DNA of 64,000 nucleotides, from the NCBI GenBank assembly GCA_947594935.1, contig CANQEM010000001.1:52802-116801 (forward strand), in the 5' to 3' direction. Below the pieces are notes generated by a model that saw nothing but the letters and a program-made list of their open reading frames with translations, had not been told where the DNA came from and made no database searches. Below are positions 50,277 to 59,361 of the stretch, piece after piece. The translations under genes were made by a program, and so were the position numbers. Each line of letters starts with the position of its first letter. The stretch's first letter is position 1. This DNA is from an uncultured Clostridia bacterium (GTDB taxonomy: Bacteria > Bacillota > Clostridia > TANB77 > CAG-508).

Positions 50277-50795
50277 TTATTCTGCTAATTTTTTTATTTC
50301 TTCATCTTCTTTTAGTTCCTTAGATAAGAAGTGGTATGCTCTTTTATCTTGTTCAATTGCAATTTTGGCAATTTCTTTATTATTTCTTAATCTATAACTT
50401 GCATATTTAATAATAATTCCTTTATTAGTTACTGCTGCTCTTACAACTTCTTCATCATCTCTAAGATTTTCACTTGCATAATATAGAGTTTGACCATATT
50501 CTTTTACACTTGTTAATATTAGTTCTTTATCCTCTTTTAGTTTTTCAGAAGCATAAAAAGCAGTCCATGGAGCTGTTTTCATCGCTAACATTACAATTTC
50601 TTTTTTATTTTTTAGTCTATCACTTGCAAATTCTAATGCTTCTCCGTCTTGTGTTATTGCTAACTTCACGACATCTTCGTCATCTCTAAGTTTTTCACTT
50701 GCAAATTCTAAAAGTTTGCCATGTTCAGATACTTTTTGCATTATGTATTCTTTATTTTCTGGGTTGTTTTGTATTTCTTTTATTTCTTCTTCCAC
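50277..50795 (-). CDS. DUF4116 repeat protein
   Basis: Four tandem ~40-aa repeats of the DUF4116 type (EFASEKLRDDEDVVKLAI / EFASDRLKNKKEIVMLAM / YASEKLKEDKELILTSV / YASENLRDDEEVVRAAV). Confidence 0.7.
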   Translation of the reverse strand: MEEEIKEIQNNPENKEYIMQKVSEHGKLLEFASEKLRDDEDVVKLAITQDGEALEFASDRLKNKKEIVMLAMKTAPWTAFYASEKLKEDKELILTSVKEYGQTLYYASENLRDDEEVVRAAVTNKGIIIKYASYRLRNNKEIAKIAIEQDKRAYHFLSKELKEDEEIKKLAE

Positions 50796-50803
50796 TTACT
50801 ATT

Positions 50804-51475
50804 TCACTCCTTTTCGCATATTCTTGCTTTTAGAGCTTTAATTTTTATTCCTTGCTCAGAGAACATTTTCTCATGTTCTGTTTCAATGTTATTTCCAAAA
50901 ATATCTTCACTATGTAAGTCTTGGGTTTGCTGATAGATTTCAAAGCCAGTTTCTTCAAGATAATTCTTACTTGCTAAAAATAAATCGTCATCATCTGTTT
51001 TAAAAAATATTTCAGCATTTTCGGCTAAAAAAGTTTTATACTTTTCTAATTGCCTTGTATGTGTTAATCTCTTTTTTCTGTGTTTACCCTTAGGCCATGG
51101 GTTGCAAAAATTTATATAAATTCTTTCTATGTTGTCTTTTTTGTCTAAGATTAAAGGTATTCTTTCTATATCAAACCTTGTGATTGCAATGTTTTGTGGT
51201 TCTATATTTTTTTCTAAATATGCTGATTCAATATTTCGTTTAGCTAGACCAAGCATTGCATCAATTAAATCAATTGCTATATAATTTGTATTTAAGTTTG
51301 TTGAAGCAAGTTGACTGATAAATTGACCTTTTCCGCAGCCTAGTTCTAAGTGTATCGCATTTTCTGGTTTTTTAAATAGTTCTCTCCATTTTCCTTTCTG
51401 GGCTTCTGGGTCATTTACATAAAAGCTAGATGCTTCAAGTTCAGGTCTCGCCCATTTTTTATATCTTATTCTCAT
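50804..51475 (-). CDS. trmB: tRNA (guanine46-N7)-methyltransferase
   Basis: MRIRYKKWARPEL...HLELGCGKGQFISQLA SAM-binding fold. The start is placed at 51475; the ORF-track N-terminal extension would run into rnpB. Confidence 0.9.
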   Translation of the reverse strand: MRIRYKKWARPELEASSFYVNDPEAQKGKWRELFKKPENAIHLELGCGKGQFISQLASTNLNTNYIAIDLIDAMLGLAKRNIESAYLEKNIEPQNIAITRFDIERIPLILDKKDNIERIYINFCNPWPKGKHRKKRLTHTRQLEKYKTFLAENAEIFFKTDDDDLFLASKNYLEETGFEIYQQTQDLHSEDIFGNNIETEHEKMFSEQGIKIKALKARICEKE

Positions 51476-51509
51476 ATATGTTGGTTTCCTTTCAATATAT
51501 AAAATAAAA

Positions 51510-51854
51510 AAGAGTAAATCTGTAAGCCGGGTTCTGTCATTTAAAATAGCCATTTATCTAGAATAATTATCACTAATTATTTCGAGCCACGCAAGTCAAG
51601 AAGGCGCCGAGCAGGCTTAATCTTCTTTATTAGGTGTTGCTCCGGATGGGGTTTACACAGCCTATTATGTCACCATAATAGCGGTAGGCTCTTACCCTGC
51701 CTTTTCACCCTTACCATTTCTGGCGGTTATTTTCTGTTGCACTTTCCTTGAAGTTACCTTCACTAGACGTTATCTAGCATCCTTGCTCTATGGAGCCCGG
51801 ACTTTCCTCTCGCAGTTTCTTTCGAAATTTGCCAGCGACTATTCAATTTACTCT
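51510..51854 (-). ncRNA. rnpB: RNase P RNA, bacterial type B
   Basis: The minus strand reads ...GAGGAAAGUCCGGGCUCCAUAGAGCAAGGAUGC...AAGGGUGAAAAGGCAGGGUAAGAGCCUACCGC...AAACCCCAUCCGGAGCAA...ACAGAACCCGGCUUACAG. The 5' AGAGUAAAU pairs with the 3' AUUUACUC as helix P1, and a U-tract follows. Confidence 0.95.
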
Positions 51855-51861
51855 GTACACT

Positions 51862-51870
51862 ATTATATCA
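51862..51870 (-). promoter_or_regulatory. Extended -10 element (TGATATAAT) of the rnpB promoter
   Basis: Located ~7 nt upstream of the inferred rnpB 5' end. Its TGA is the stop codon of the upstream gene. Confidence 0.55.
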
Positions 51871-52785
51871 TATATTGCTCAATTCTTCTAGGGTATTTTT
51901 GTATTTTATTAAAAAAATTTGAGTATGCTTCTGTTCTATTGCTTTTTCTAGTTCACTTAACATTATATAAATTTTGTTTATTGAATATTGTTTTTCTTCT
52001 TTTACTTCTGCACCTGTAAGCATTTTCGTAAATTCTTCTATACTTGTTTTTATATCTTTTGATATTCCTTCCCAGTTGCCTTCATCTAGCTTACTATATG
52101 CTCTATATATGTTTAATTTTGTTTTTGCAATTATTTCATCTTGCTCACTTCCAATTTTTTCTGTGAACTTCACGACATTTTCATATACTTTTACCAATTG
52201 TTCTAAGGTTTCTTGCTTTTTCTGGCTTTCAATTTGCTTTGTGAGTGCATCAAATTCTGTGTTAAATTTCAATATACTTTCATCTTCAACATCTGTTTTA
52301 TATAAATCTAGCGTTATTGTTGGAATTGAAATATAAATATTTTCAACTGCACTTTTAGCTTTTTCCCAGTCAATTTTTTCGTCACTTAATAAAACTCCAA
52401 TTGGCTCCATACTATATGTTTCTGTGCTTTCGCTTCCGGCCGGCTGGTTCCCTTCGTTTTTATTTGAAGCACTTTCTGTTTGCATCCCCATACCGCCTTC
52501 ACCTGATTTTGTGCTTTCTTCTGTACTTTTCTCACTACTTTCGCCAGATGAGCTAGGGCTTATTTCCTTAATTGTTATTTTATAATTTTCAAATTGAATA
52601 TCATTCATTAAATTGAACAATGTTAAAATTTTGCTTTCAACATATTTAATTTCTGTTTTTGCCTTTTGCTTCAGCTCAGCTTCTTTATTAGAATTTGACG
52701 ACATTACTTGATAGTAAGCAAAAGAAATTCCCAGTACAATGAAAAGAGCAACTAAAATATATGCAAGAGTTTTATATTTTTTCAA
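51868..52785 (-). CDS. Hypothetical membrane-anchored protein with an acidic, Ser-rich ectodomain
   Basis: 305 aa, N-terminal TM helix (LAYILVALFIVLGISFAYY). No recognisable catalytic motif. Confidence 0.55.
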   Translation of the reverse strand: MKKYKTLAYILVALFIVLGISFAYYQVMSSNSNKEAELKQKAKTEIKYVESKILTLFNLMNDIQFENYKITIKEISPSSSGESSEKSTEESTKSGEGGMGMQTESASNKNEGNQPAGSESTETYSMEPIGVLLSDEKIDWEKAKSAVENIYISIPTITLDLYKTDVEDESILKFNTEFDALTKQIESQKKQETLEQLVKVYENVVKFTEKIGSEQDEIIAKTKLNIYRAYSKLDEGNWEGISKDIKTSIEEFTKMLTGAEVKEEKQYSINKIYIMLSELEKAIEQKHTQIFLIKYKNTLEELSNI

Positions 52786-52910
52786 ATTTTTTCTTCCCTT
52801 CTTGTTTTTTTATAGTGTTTCCTTTTTTGGTAGTTTTATACATTTTAGTCTTGTTATATTTTTTATTTTTCTGCATATAATATCTACAAATTCAAGTAAG
52901 GAGAGCTTTT

Positions 52911-53186
52911 ATGACAGTAAATTTGTTTAGTGAGAAGGCTGGTGAAGTAAATCAGTTTTTAAGCAAAGTGTATGATACTGATTTGGGAATTTCTGATAAA
53001 AGTAGTTGGGAAAAAGAATATGCCAACCCTGTCGATATTGCAGACATTATTGGCATATATATTGATAATATTGATATATTTAATTTACATCTATGGGTGT
53101 GCCTAGATAAGGGTTTTTATATTCACGTAACAGATGAAAATGGTAATGCTCTAATTAAGTATTTATATGAAAGGTTTCCTTATTAA
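52911..53186 (+). CDS. Small hypothetical protein (91 aa)
   Basis: AAGGAGAG RBS 6 nt before the ATG. Its stop codon overlaps the dtd stop (convergent). Confidence 0.55.
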   Translation: MTVNLFSEKAGEVNQFLSKVYDTDLGISDKSSWEKEYANPVDIADIIGIYIDNIDIFNLHLWVCLDKGFYIHVTDENGNALIKYLYERFPY

Positions 53187-53620
53187 CCTTCAATTTCGAT
53201 TGTTACTGGTCCATCATTTACAAGACTAACCTGCATATCTGCTCCAAATATACCTTTTTGCACTTCTATTCCATAGTTTTCACATTGCTTGCAAAAATAT
53301 TCATATAAGTTATTTGCTACATCTGGCTTTGCAGCATCTGTAAAAGATGGCCTATTTCCTTCTTTACAATTAGCATATAGGGTAAATTGTGATACTATCA
53401 GTAATTTACCTTGAACTTGTTTTAAATCTAAATTCATTTTTTCATTTTCGTCTTCAAAAATTCTAAGATTACATAGTTTTTTTGCTAAGTATTCTGCGTT
53501 TTTTTCTGTATCTGAGTGTGTTACTCCTAATAAAACTAAAAAGCCTTTTTGAATTTCTCCGACTGTTTTGCCTTCTACTTCTACTTTTGCTTGTTTAACT
53601 CTTTGCACAACGATTTTCAT
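53183..53620 (-). CDS. dtd: D-aminoacyl-tRNA deacylase
   Basis: MKIVVQRV start, SQFTL and GPVT motifs; 145 aa. Confidence 0.93.
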   Translation of the reverse strand: MKIVVQRVKQAKVEVEGKTVGEIQKGFLVLLGVTHSDTEKNAEYLAKKLCNLRIFEDENEKMNLDLKQVQGKLLIVSQFTLYANCKEGNRPSFTDAAKPDVANNLYEYFCKQCENYGIEVQKGIFGADMQVSLVNDGPVTIEIEG

Positions 53621-53622
53621 TT

Positions 53623-54087
53623 TTATTCCTCTTCTTTGTTTTCTTCTACTTCTGGTTGTTCCTCAGCTACTTCTTCTACAACTTCTTCTGTTTTAGCCTC
53701 TTCAATTTGTGGTTCTTCAACTACTTCTTGCTTTTCGCCACATTCTGGGCAAAAATTTGAATTCTTTTCTATTTCAGCATGACAATTTTGACATTGCTTT
53801 TTATCATTTAATTCACGGCATTCTTCAAGTATATTTTCTATTTCTCCACTTAATACATCAATTTGTGTGCATTCTTCTTCTAATTCACTTTTAATATCAA
53901 TATTTTCTTCTCTAACATGTTTTTCATAAACTTTTTTGCCGATGTCTTTATAAATATCATTTATTTGACTTTTTAAGTCGTTCATCTTTAATTTTAATTT
54001 TGCTTCTTTTGCTATTTTTCCTGTTTTATCTGCTGTTACTTTATATGCTTCACTTGCTTTCTTTCCTAATTTATCAAAAAATTCCAT
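53623..54087 (-). CDS. Zinc-ribbon protein with an acidic C-terminal tail
   Basis: CQNCHAEIEKNSNFCPECG ribbon followed by an E/V-rich tail; 154 aa. The gene is 2 nt upstream of dtd. Confidence 0.55.
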   Translation of the reverse strand: MEFFDKLGKKASEAYKVTADKTGKIAKEAKLKLKMNDLKSQINDIYKDIGKKVYEKHVREENIDIKSELEEECTQIDVLSGEIENILEECRELNDKKQCQNCHAEIEKNSNFCPECGEKQEVVEEPQIEEAKTEEVVEEVAEEQPEVEENKEEE

Positions 54088-54155
54088 TGATAATTCCTCC
54101 TTTTTTTATTTTATTATTACTAATATTTTCTAATTTTATGCAATATTTTTTAGGT

Positions 54156-55145
54156 TTATTCCATTTCCATTTTTTTATCTCTTGTCATTAACCTTCTTAC
54201 TGCTGTTTTTGCATCAAGTTTGTTATAGATTACATCATAAGCTGTTGAAATAATTGGTACTTCAATGTTATATTTCTTACTTAAAGAATATGCAACATCA
54301 ATATTATCTATACTTTCTATAACCATTCCAACTTCTTGCTTTGCTTCTTCCAAAGTTTTACCTTGTCCTATCAATTTTCCGGCTTTTCTGTTTCTGCTAT
54401 GTTCACTTAAACAAGTAACAATTAAATCTCCTAAGCCGCTTAGTCCATAAAAGGTTTCTTTTCTTCCGCCAATTGCTACACCTAAACGAGATAGTTCTTG
54501 TAATCCTCTTGTAATTAAAGCTGCAAAAGTGTTATCACCAAAGCCTACACCAGCTGCCACACCAGCACAAAATGCTATGATATTTTTCAAAGCCCCACCT
54601 AATTCTACACCTTTTATATCTGTTGAAGTATATATTCTCATGTGTGGGCACATAAAGGCATCTTGTACTTCTTCTCTAATTTTTTCATCTAATGATGCTA
54701 TAACTAGAACTGTTGGTACTGCAATTGACACTTCTTCTGCATGGCTTGGGCCTGATAATGCTCCAACTCTTGCTTCTGGCATTTCTTCTAAAATAACTTC
54801 GTCTAATGTTTTTTCAGTTTCTTTTTCAAAACCTTTTGAACAAATGATAATTGGCTTTGTTCCAACATATTGCTTATATTGTTTAAAAGTTGACCTTGTA
54901 AACTTTGATGGTGTAACATGTAGTATAAAATCTGCATCTTTTATAACTTCTTCAAAGTCCATTGAGCAAGTTATGTTTTCTGGTAATGTAATATTAGGTA
55001 AAAACTTGCATTTCCTTTCATTATTTATTAAGTTTTTTTCTTCTTCTGCAAAAGACCATATTTTAATTTTATGTCCTATATTTGCTAAGTGTACTGATAA
55101 TGCTACGCCCCAGCTACCACTTCCTATTATTGCGATGTTTTTCAT
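54156..55145 (-). CDS. gpsA: NAD(P)H-dependent glycerol-3-phosphate dehydrogenase
   Basis: MKNIAIIGSGSWGVALS Rossmann start; 329 aa; in the der-plsY-gpsA context. Confidence 0.93.
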   Translation of the reverse strand: MKNIAIIGSGSWGVALSVHLANIGHKIKIWSFAEEEKNLINNERKCKFLPNITLPENITCSMDFEEVIKDADFILHVTPSKFTRSTFKQYKQYVGTKPIIICSKGFEKETEKTLDEVILEEMPEARVGALSGPSHAEEVSIAVPTVLVIASLDEKIREEVQDAFMCPHMRIYTSTDIKGVELGGALKNIIAFCAGVAAGVGFGDNTFAALITRGLQELSRLGVAIGGRKETFYGLSGLGDLIVTCLSEHSRNRKAGKLIGQGKTLEEAKQEVGMVIESIDNIDVAYSLSKKYNIEVPIISTAYDVIYNKLDAKTAVRRLMTRDKKMEME

Positions 55146-55166
55146 ATTTTTTATTATTCCTTTCTC

Positions 55167-55814
55167 TTATTTGTTTTTTCCTTTTATTGAAATTTTATTT
55201 TCAGTTCCATTTAACATCCTTTGAATATTCTCCCTGTGATTGAATAACACGATTGCTGCTAGTATAACACTATATATAAAATATCCACTTCCTTCTGAAA
55301 CAATAAAGTTTTCTTTTATAAACAATGTTAGAACTGGGTATAAAACTGCTGCAGCACATGAACCCAAAGATACCATTTGAGTTAATACCATTAAAACTAG
55401 TGCAAAAACTAGGCATATTAGTCCAATTTGCCAGTTTGTCATTAGTAGAATTCCAAGTGCTGTTGCAACACCTTTACCACCTTTAAAACCAAAAAATATT
55501 GGAAAAGTATGTCCTAATACTACTGCAATTCCAGCTATTTGAATTAAAATTGCTTTATCTGGTGCATTTGTAATATTTCCTAATAGCATTGCAAATAAAA
55601 TTGCAACTACTCCTTTTAAAATGTCACAAATAAGTGTGATTAAAGCTGCTCCTTTACCTACTGAACGTAGCATATTTGTTGTTCCTGCATTTCCACTGCC
55701 TTTTTCCCTTACATCAAATCCTGCAACTCTTTTACTGATTATTATAGAAAAATTTACACTTCCTATTAGATATGCAACAACTGCCATTATTATTTCTTGT
55801 ACCATTTTTATCAC
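55167..55814 (-). CDS. plsY: Glycerol-3-phosphate acyltransferase PlsY
   Basis: [11 protein letters not shown]...GSGNAGTTN motifs. The true start may be an internal Met. Confidence 0.9.
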   Translation of the reverse strand: MIKMVQEIIMAVVAYLIGSVNFSIIISKRVAGFDVREKGSGNAGTTNMLRSVGKGAALITLICDILKGVVAILFAMLLGNITNAPDKAILIQIAGIAVVLGHTFPIFFGFKGGKGVATALGILLMTNWQIGLICLVFALVLMVLTQMVSLGSCAAAVLYPVLTLFIKENFIVSEGSGYFIYSVILAAIVLFNHRENIQRMLNGTENKISIKGKNK

Positions 55815-57154
55815 TTTCCTTTCTTTTCAACTTCTTTTTCTGTTCTTTCTCTTGGTATTATTCTAACTGGTGTTCCTTGTAAGCCAAATTCTTTTCTAAA
55901 TTGATTTATTAAATATCTTTCATACGAAAAATGGAAAAGTTCTTTATCATTTACAAAAATAACAAAAGTTGGCGGTTTTGTTGAACTTTGTGTTCCATAA
56001 AAGATTTTTAAACGTTTACCTTTATCTGTTGGTGGCTGCACAATAGCAATCGCCTCATTTATAACTTGATTTAAAACAGATGTAGATACTCTCATTGAAT
56101 TTTGTTTTGCTACTTCATTTATCATATCATAAAGTTTATCAATTCTTTGACCAGTTTTTGCAGATATGAAAATCATTGGTGCATAAGTTATGTATGCTAA
56201 TTTTGCATATACTTCTTTTTTGTATTTTTCCATTGTGCCTGTTTGTTTATCTACTTCATCCCATTTATTTATTACTATTATTATTCCTTTACCAGCTTCA
56301 TGGGCTTCTCCTGCAATTTTTGTGTCTTGGTCAGTCACACCTTCATTTGCGTCAATCATAAGTAAGCAAACATCTGCCCTTTCTACTGCTAATAGGCTTC
56401 TCATCACACTATATTTTTCAATCTTCTCATTTACTTTGCTTTTCTTTCTAATTCCGGCAGTATCTATAAATACATATTTGCCTTTTTCGTTTTCAAATTC
56501 ACTATCAATTGCATCTCTTGTAGTTCCGGCAATATCACTAACAATATTTCTTTTTTCTCCTAAAATTTTATTGACAAGTGATGATTTTCCTACATTTGGT
56601 TTGCCGATAACTGCAACTTTAATTCTATCATCAATTTCTTCATCTGATGTTTTCTCTGGAAATTTCTCATAAACTGCATCTAGTACATCACCTATTCCAA
56701 TTGCATGGCTAGCTGATATTGCATAAGGGTCTCCAATTCCTAGATTATAGAACTCATATATTTCTTCTCTATCTTTTTGATAATTATCTGCTTTGTTACA
56801 TACAAGTACAATTGGTTTTTGTGATTTTCGTAGCATTTCAGCAATTTCCTTATCTGCTGCTGTAACTCCTTGTTTTACATCTGTTAAAAATATAATAACA
56901 TCAGCCATTTCAATAGCAAGGTTTGCTTGTTCTCTCATTTGAGATAGAATTATATCATTTGTATCTGGCTCTATTCCACCTGTATCAATTAAAGTAAATG
57001 TTCTACCTCTCCAATTTGTTTCAGCATAAATTCTGTCTCTTGTAACTCCTGGTGTATCTTCAACTATTGAAATTCTGCTTCCAGCTAAATAATTAAAAAA
57101 AGTTGATTTTCCTACATTCGGTTTGCCTATAATTGCGACTATTGGTTTTGACAT
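55811..57154 (-). CDS. der: Ribosome-biogenesis GTPase Der (EngA)
   Basis: Two tandem G domains (GKPNVGKST twice) plus a KH-like C-terminus. Confidence 0.95.
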   Translation of the reverse strand: MSKPIVAIIGKPNVGKSTFFNYLAGSRISIVEDTPGVTRDRIYAETNWRGRTFTLIDTGGIEPDTNDIILSQMREQANLAIEMADVIIFLTDVKQGVTAADKEIAEMLRKSQKPIVLVCNKADNYQKDREEIYEFYNLGIGDPYAISASHAIGIGDVLDAVYEKFPEKTSDEEIDDRIKVAVIGKPNVGKSSLVNKILGEKRNIVSDIAGTTRDAIDSEFENEKGKYVFIDTAGIRKKSKVNEKIEKYSVMRSLLAVERADVCLLMIDANEGVTDQDTKIAGEAHEAGKGIIIVINKWDEVDKQTGTMEKYKKEVYAKLAYITYAPMIFISAKTGQRIDKLYDMINEVAKQNSMRVSTSVLNQVINEAIAIVQPPTDKGKRLKIFYGTQSSTKPPTFVIFVNDKELFHFSYERYLINQFRKEFGLQGTPVRIIPRERTEKEVEKKGK

Positions 57155-57210
57155 TATTTCATTCCTTTCCTCACTATATATCTATATTTTACTAAAAAAT
57201 AAAAAAAATA

Positions 57211-57225
57211 GCAAGATATTCTTGC
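57211..57225 (-). terminator. Weak hairpin with flanking A- and T-runs; possible end of the spoIIIA transcript. The stem also contains the der -35-like TTGCTA
   Basis: GCAAGA-TAT-TCTTGC, with A9 upstream and T5 downstream on the plus strand. Confidence 0.3.
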
Positions 57226-57373
57226 AATTTTTAAGATTTTTACTATATTTGAAGATTAGTCATGACGTTCAATGTCAATACATTATTTTTATATTTTATG
57301 TAATAATAAGATTAACCCAAACGATTAACATTTAATCTCTTAGGTTTAAAATTATTAGAAAGGATTGACCTAG

Positions 57374-57577
57374 ATGATAAAAGAGAAGCGTAGAGCTTTG
57401 AATTTAACACAAGAGCAAATGGCTGACTTACTCGGTATCAGTTTAAGGCAATATGTTCGAATTGATAATGAAGAAGATTTGCCTAGACGTGATGTTTTGC
57501 AAAATTTAATCGAACAACTTGCTCTTTCTAATGAAGAAATTGGTCAATATATCCGTGAAATTTCAAAAGTTTCCTAA
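57374..57577 (+). CDS. XRE-family helix-turn-helix transcriptional regulator (67 aa)
   Basis: LNLTQEQMADLLGISLRQYVRIDN HTH segment. Convergent with, and abutting, the spoIIIAH stop. Confidence 0.75.
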   Translation: MIKEKRRALNLTQEQMADLLGISLRQYVRIDNEEDLPRRDVLQNLIEQLALSNEEIGQYIREISKVS

Positions 57578-58204
57578 TTATTTTATTGCTATATGAATAT
57601 TTTCTATCTTAGCATTTAATTCTCTTGCCAATATATTTTGTATCTGTGAAATTTCTTCTTGTTTTAATTCTTCCACTCCAATAATAGCACTAATACTTTC
57701 CCCATTTACAAAAATCACGTTGTTTGTAAAACCTTTTGTTGAAATCAAATTTTCTGCTATCATGATACTGTTCTTAGTATCATTTATTTTTTTTATTTCT
57801 TCTGCTGCTGATTGTTTCTGTGTTTCCAAAGAGTTTATTCCATTTAATACTTTTTCATATGTCTCTATCATTTGAGAATACATTGTATCTCTTTCTAATT
57901 TTGATTTTGTAAAATAGTCATCAGTTACTTCTGTTGATGTTTCTTCTGTTTCATTATCTTCTTGCTCATAAATAATTTTTTCATGTTCTTCTATTGTGTT
58001 GTTATCTGTGTTTTCCTCTACAACAGCATTTGTACTAACTAATTGTGCATCTCCAATATTTCTACTTGCTGTTTCAAGTGTTTCACTATCTTTTGAAGTG
58101 AAATTTAAATATCCCGCAACTACTAGCATTAACGCAATTACATAAATAATCATTTGATTTTTCTTAAAAAAGTTCATTTTAATACCCTCTTTCTTATTTT
58201 TCAA
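57578..58204 (-). CDS. spoIIIAH: Stage III sporulation protein AH
   Basis: Last gene of the spoIIIA operon. N-terminal TM helix plus an extracellular domain; 208 aa. Confidence 0.6.
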   Translation of the reverse strand: MKNKKEGIKMNFFKKNQMIIYVIALMLVVAGYLNFTSKDSETLETASRNIGDAQLVSTNAVVEENTDNNTIEEHEKIIYEQEDNETEETSTEVTDDYFTKSKLERDTMYSQMIETYEKVLNGINSLETQKQSAAEEIKKINDTKNSIMIAENLISTKGFTNNVIFVNGESISAIIGVEELKQEEISQIQNILARELNAKIENIHIAIK

Positions 58205-58793
58205 TTGTAAATACTTGAATTTTATGAGTAGGCAAGCCTGTTACCGCTTCTACTCCTTGAATAATTTTTGTTTTTATATCAATATTATCTGCACCTTCCG
58301 CAGCTATAATTGCACCTTCAATCTTAGGTTCAATTATTTTTTTGGTCATTGGTGTTTTTACTCCATCATTTTCTTGATAAATTATATCTTTTTGAGTATC
58401 TGTTTCTTCTATTTTTCTTATTCCACCTGATGTGTCAGTTTCTTCTGTTGTGCTACTTTTAGAATTTTCATTATACATTGCTACAACTTCACTAGACTCT
58501 GAATAATTTATGAGGACTTTCACTTCGCCCACACCTTGTATCGTTTTTAAAATTTCTTCTAAATTATTAGAAAGCTCATCTTTTTCTGATGCTTGTGTTT
58601 CTGAATTACTTGCTAGTGTTTTACCTGTGTCTATTTCATTTGATTCTTGACTTCTTATGTCATCTTTCCAAACCAAGTTTATTCCGATAATTGTGACTAT
58701 AAGTATTATGATAAAAAACACTAGGTTTTCAATTTTTCTTTTCGAGTTAGGTTCTCCATCTCCTAACATCTTATTTAATTTATCTTTAAACAT
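58194..58793 (-). CDS. spoIIIAG: Stage III sporulation protein AG
   Basis: Conserved operon position; single TM helix plus a soluble domain. Confidence 0.6.
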   Translation of the reverse strand: MFKDKLNKMLGDGEPNSKRKIENLVFFIIILIVTIIGINLVWKDDIRSQESNEIDTGKTLASNSETQASEKDELSNNLEEILKTIQGVGEVKVLINYSESSEVVAMYNENSKSSTTEETDTSGGIRKIEETDTQKDIIYQENDGVKTPMTKKIIEPKIEGAIIAAEGADNIDIKTKIIQGVEAVTGLPTHKIQVFTIEK

Positions 58794-59350
58794 GCCTCAC
58801 TCACCTCATATTCTTCCATTAAAAATTGTTTAATTTCGTTTATGTCTGATTGTGTTATATCATTTTCTTGATTCTCATCAACTTCTATCTTCTTTATTTT
58901 TTGAATTTCTTTCACTAAAATATTTTCTATATCTTCTTTCTTTGTTTCTGAATTCTTTTCTATATTTAATGTAATATTTTTGATTGACATCTCATCTTCT
59001 ATCTCTATTTTTACAGTGCATTTGCTTACAACAAAACCTAATTTTTCAATTTTTTCTGTAATATCTTTTTCTAATTCTTCTTCTCCAATTTCTTTTAGCC
59101 TTTTATTCATTGAATTTTCTTCAAATGGTTCTGCACCGACTTGTTCAGTTGAATTATTTATTATTTGCCCAATATCTATTGAAAAATTTTTTCCGATAAG
59201 CGGAGATAAAATATTAAATAATATATATAGTCCCATAACTACATTTATATATTGCTTCATCTTTTTATTTGGTATCAGCATTTCAAATATTGAAACTACC
59301 ACAACTGCAAGTGTTATATTCTTTGCCCATTCACTTATACTTTCAATCAT
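58775..59350 (-). CDS. spoIIIAF: Stage III sporulation protein AF
   Basis: Conserved operon position; two N-terminal TM helices; 191 aa. Confidence 0.6.
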   Translation of the reverse strand: MIESISEWAKNITLAVVVVSIFEMLIPNKKMKQYINVVMGLYILFNILSPLIGKNFSIDIGQIINNSTEQVGAEPFEENSMNKRLKEIGEEELEKDITEKIEKLGFVVSKCTVKIEIEDEMSIKNITLNIEKNSETKKEDIENILVKEIQKIKKIEVDENQENDITQSDINEIKQFLMEEYEVSEACLKIN

Positions 59351-59361
59351 TTTGCTCCTTT

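Noticed and set aside
50804-52019. N-terminal extension of the trmB ORF (to 51553) and plus ORF 51783..52019 across the rnpB region
   Set aside because: Both run through the RNase P RNA gene. trmB has a proper RBS and ATG at 51475.
57123-57335. Plus ORF 57123..57335 and other short AT-rich ORFs in intergenic regions (for example 8182..8544 and 25269..25469)
   Set aside because: They are low-complexity Ile/Phe/Leu-rich translations of AT-rich promoter DNA with no RBS.
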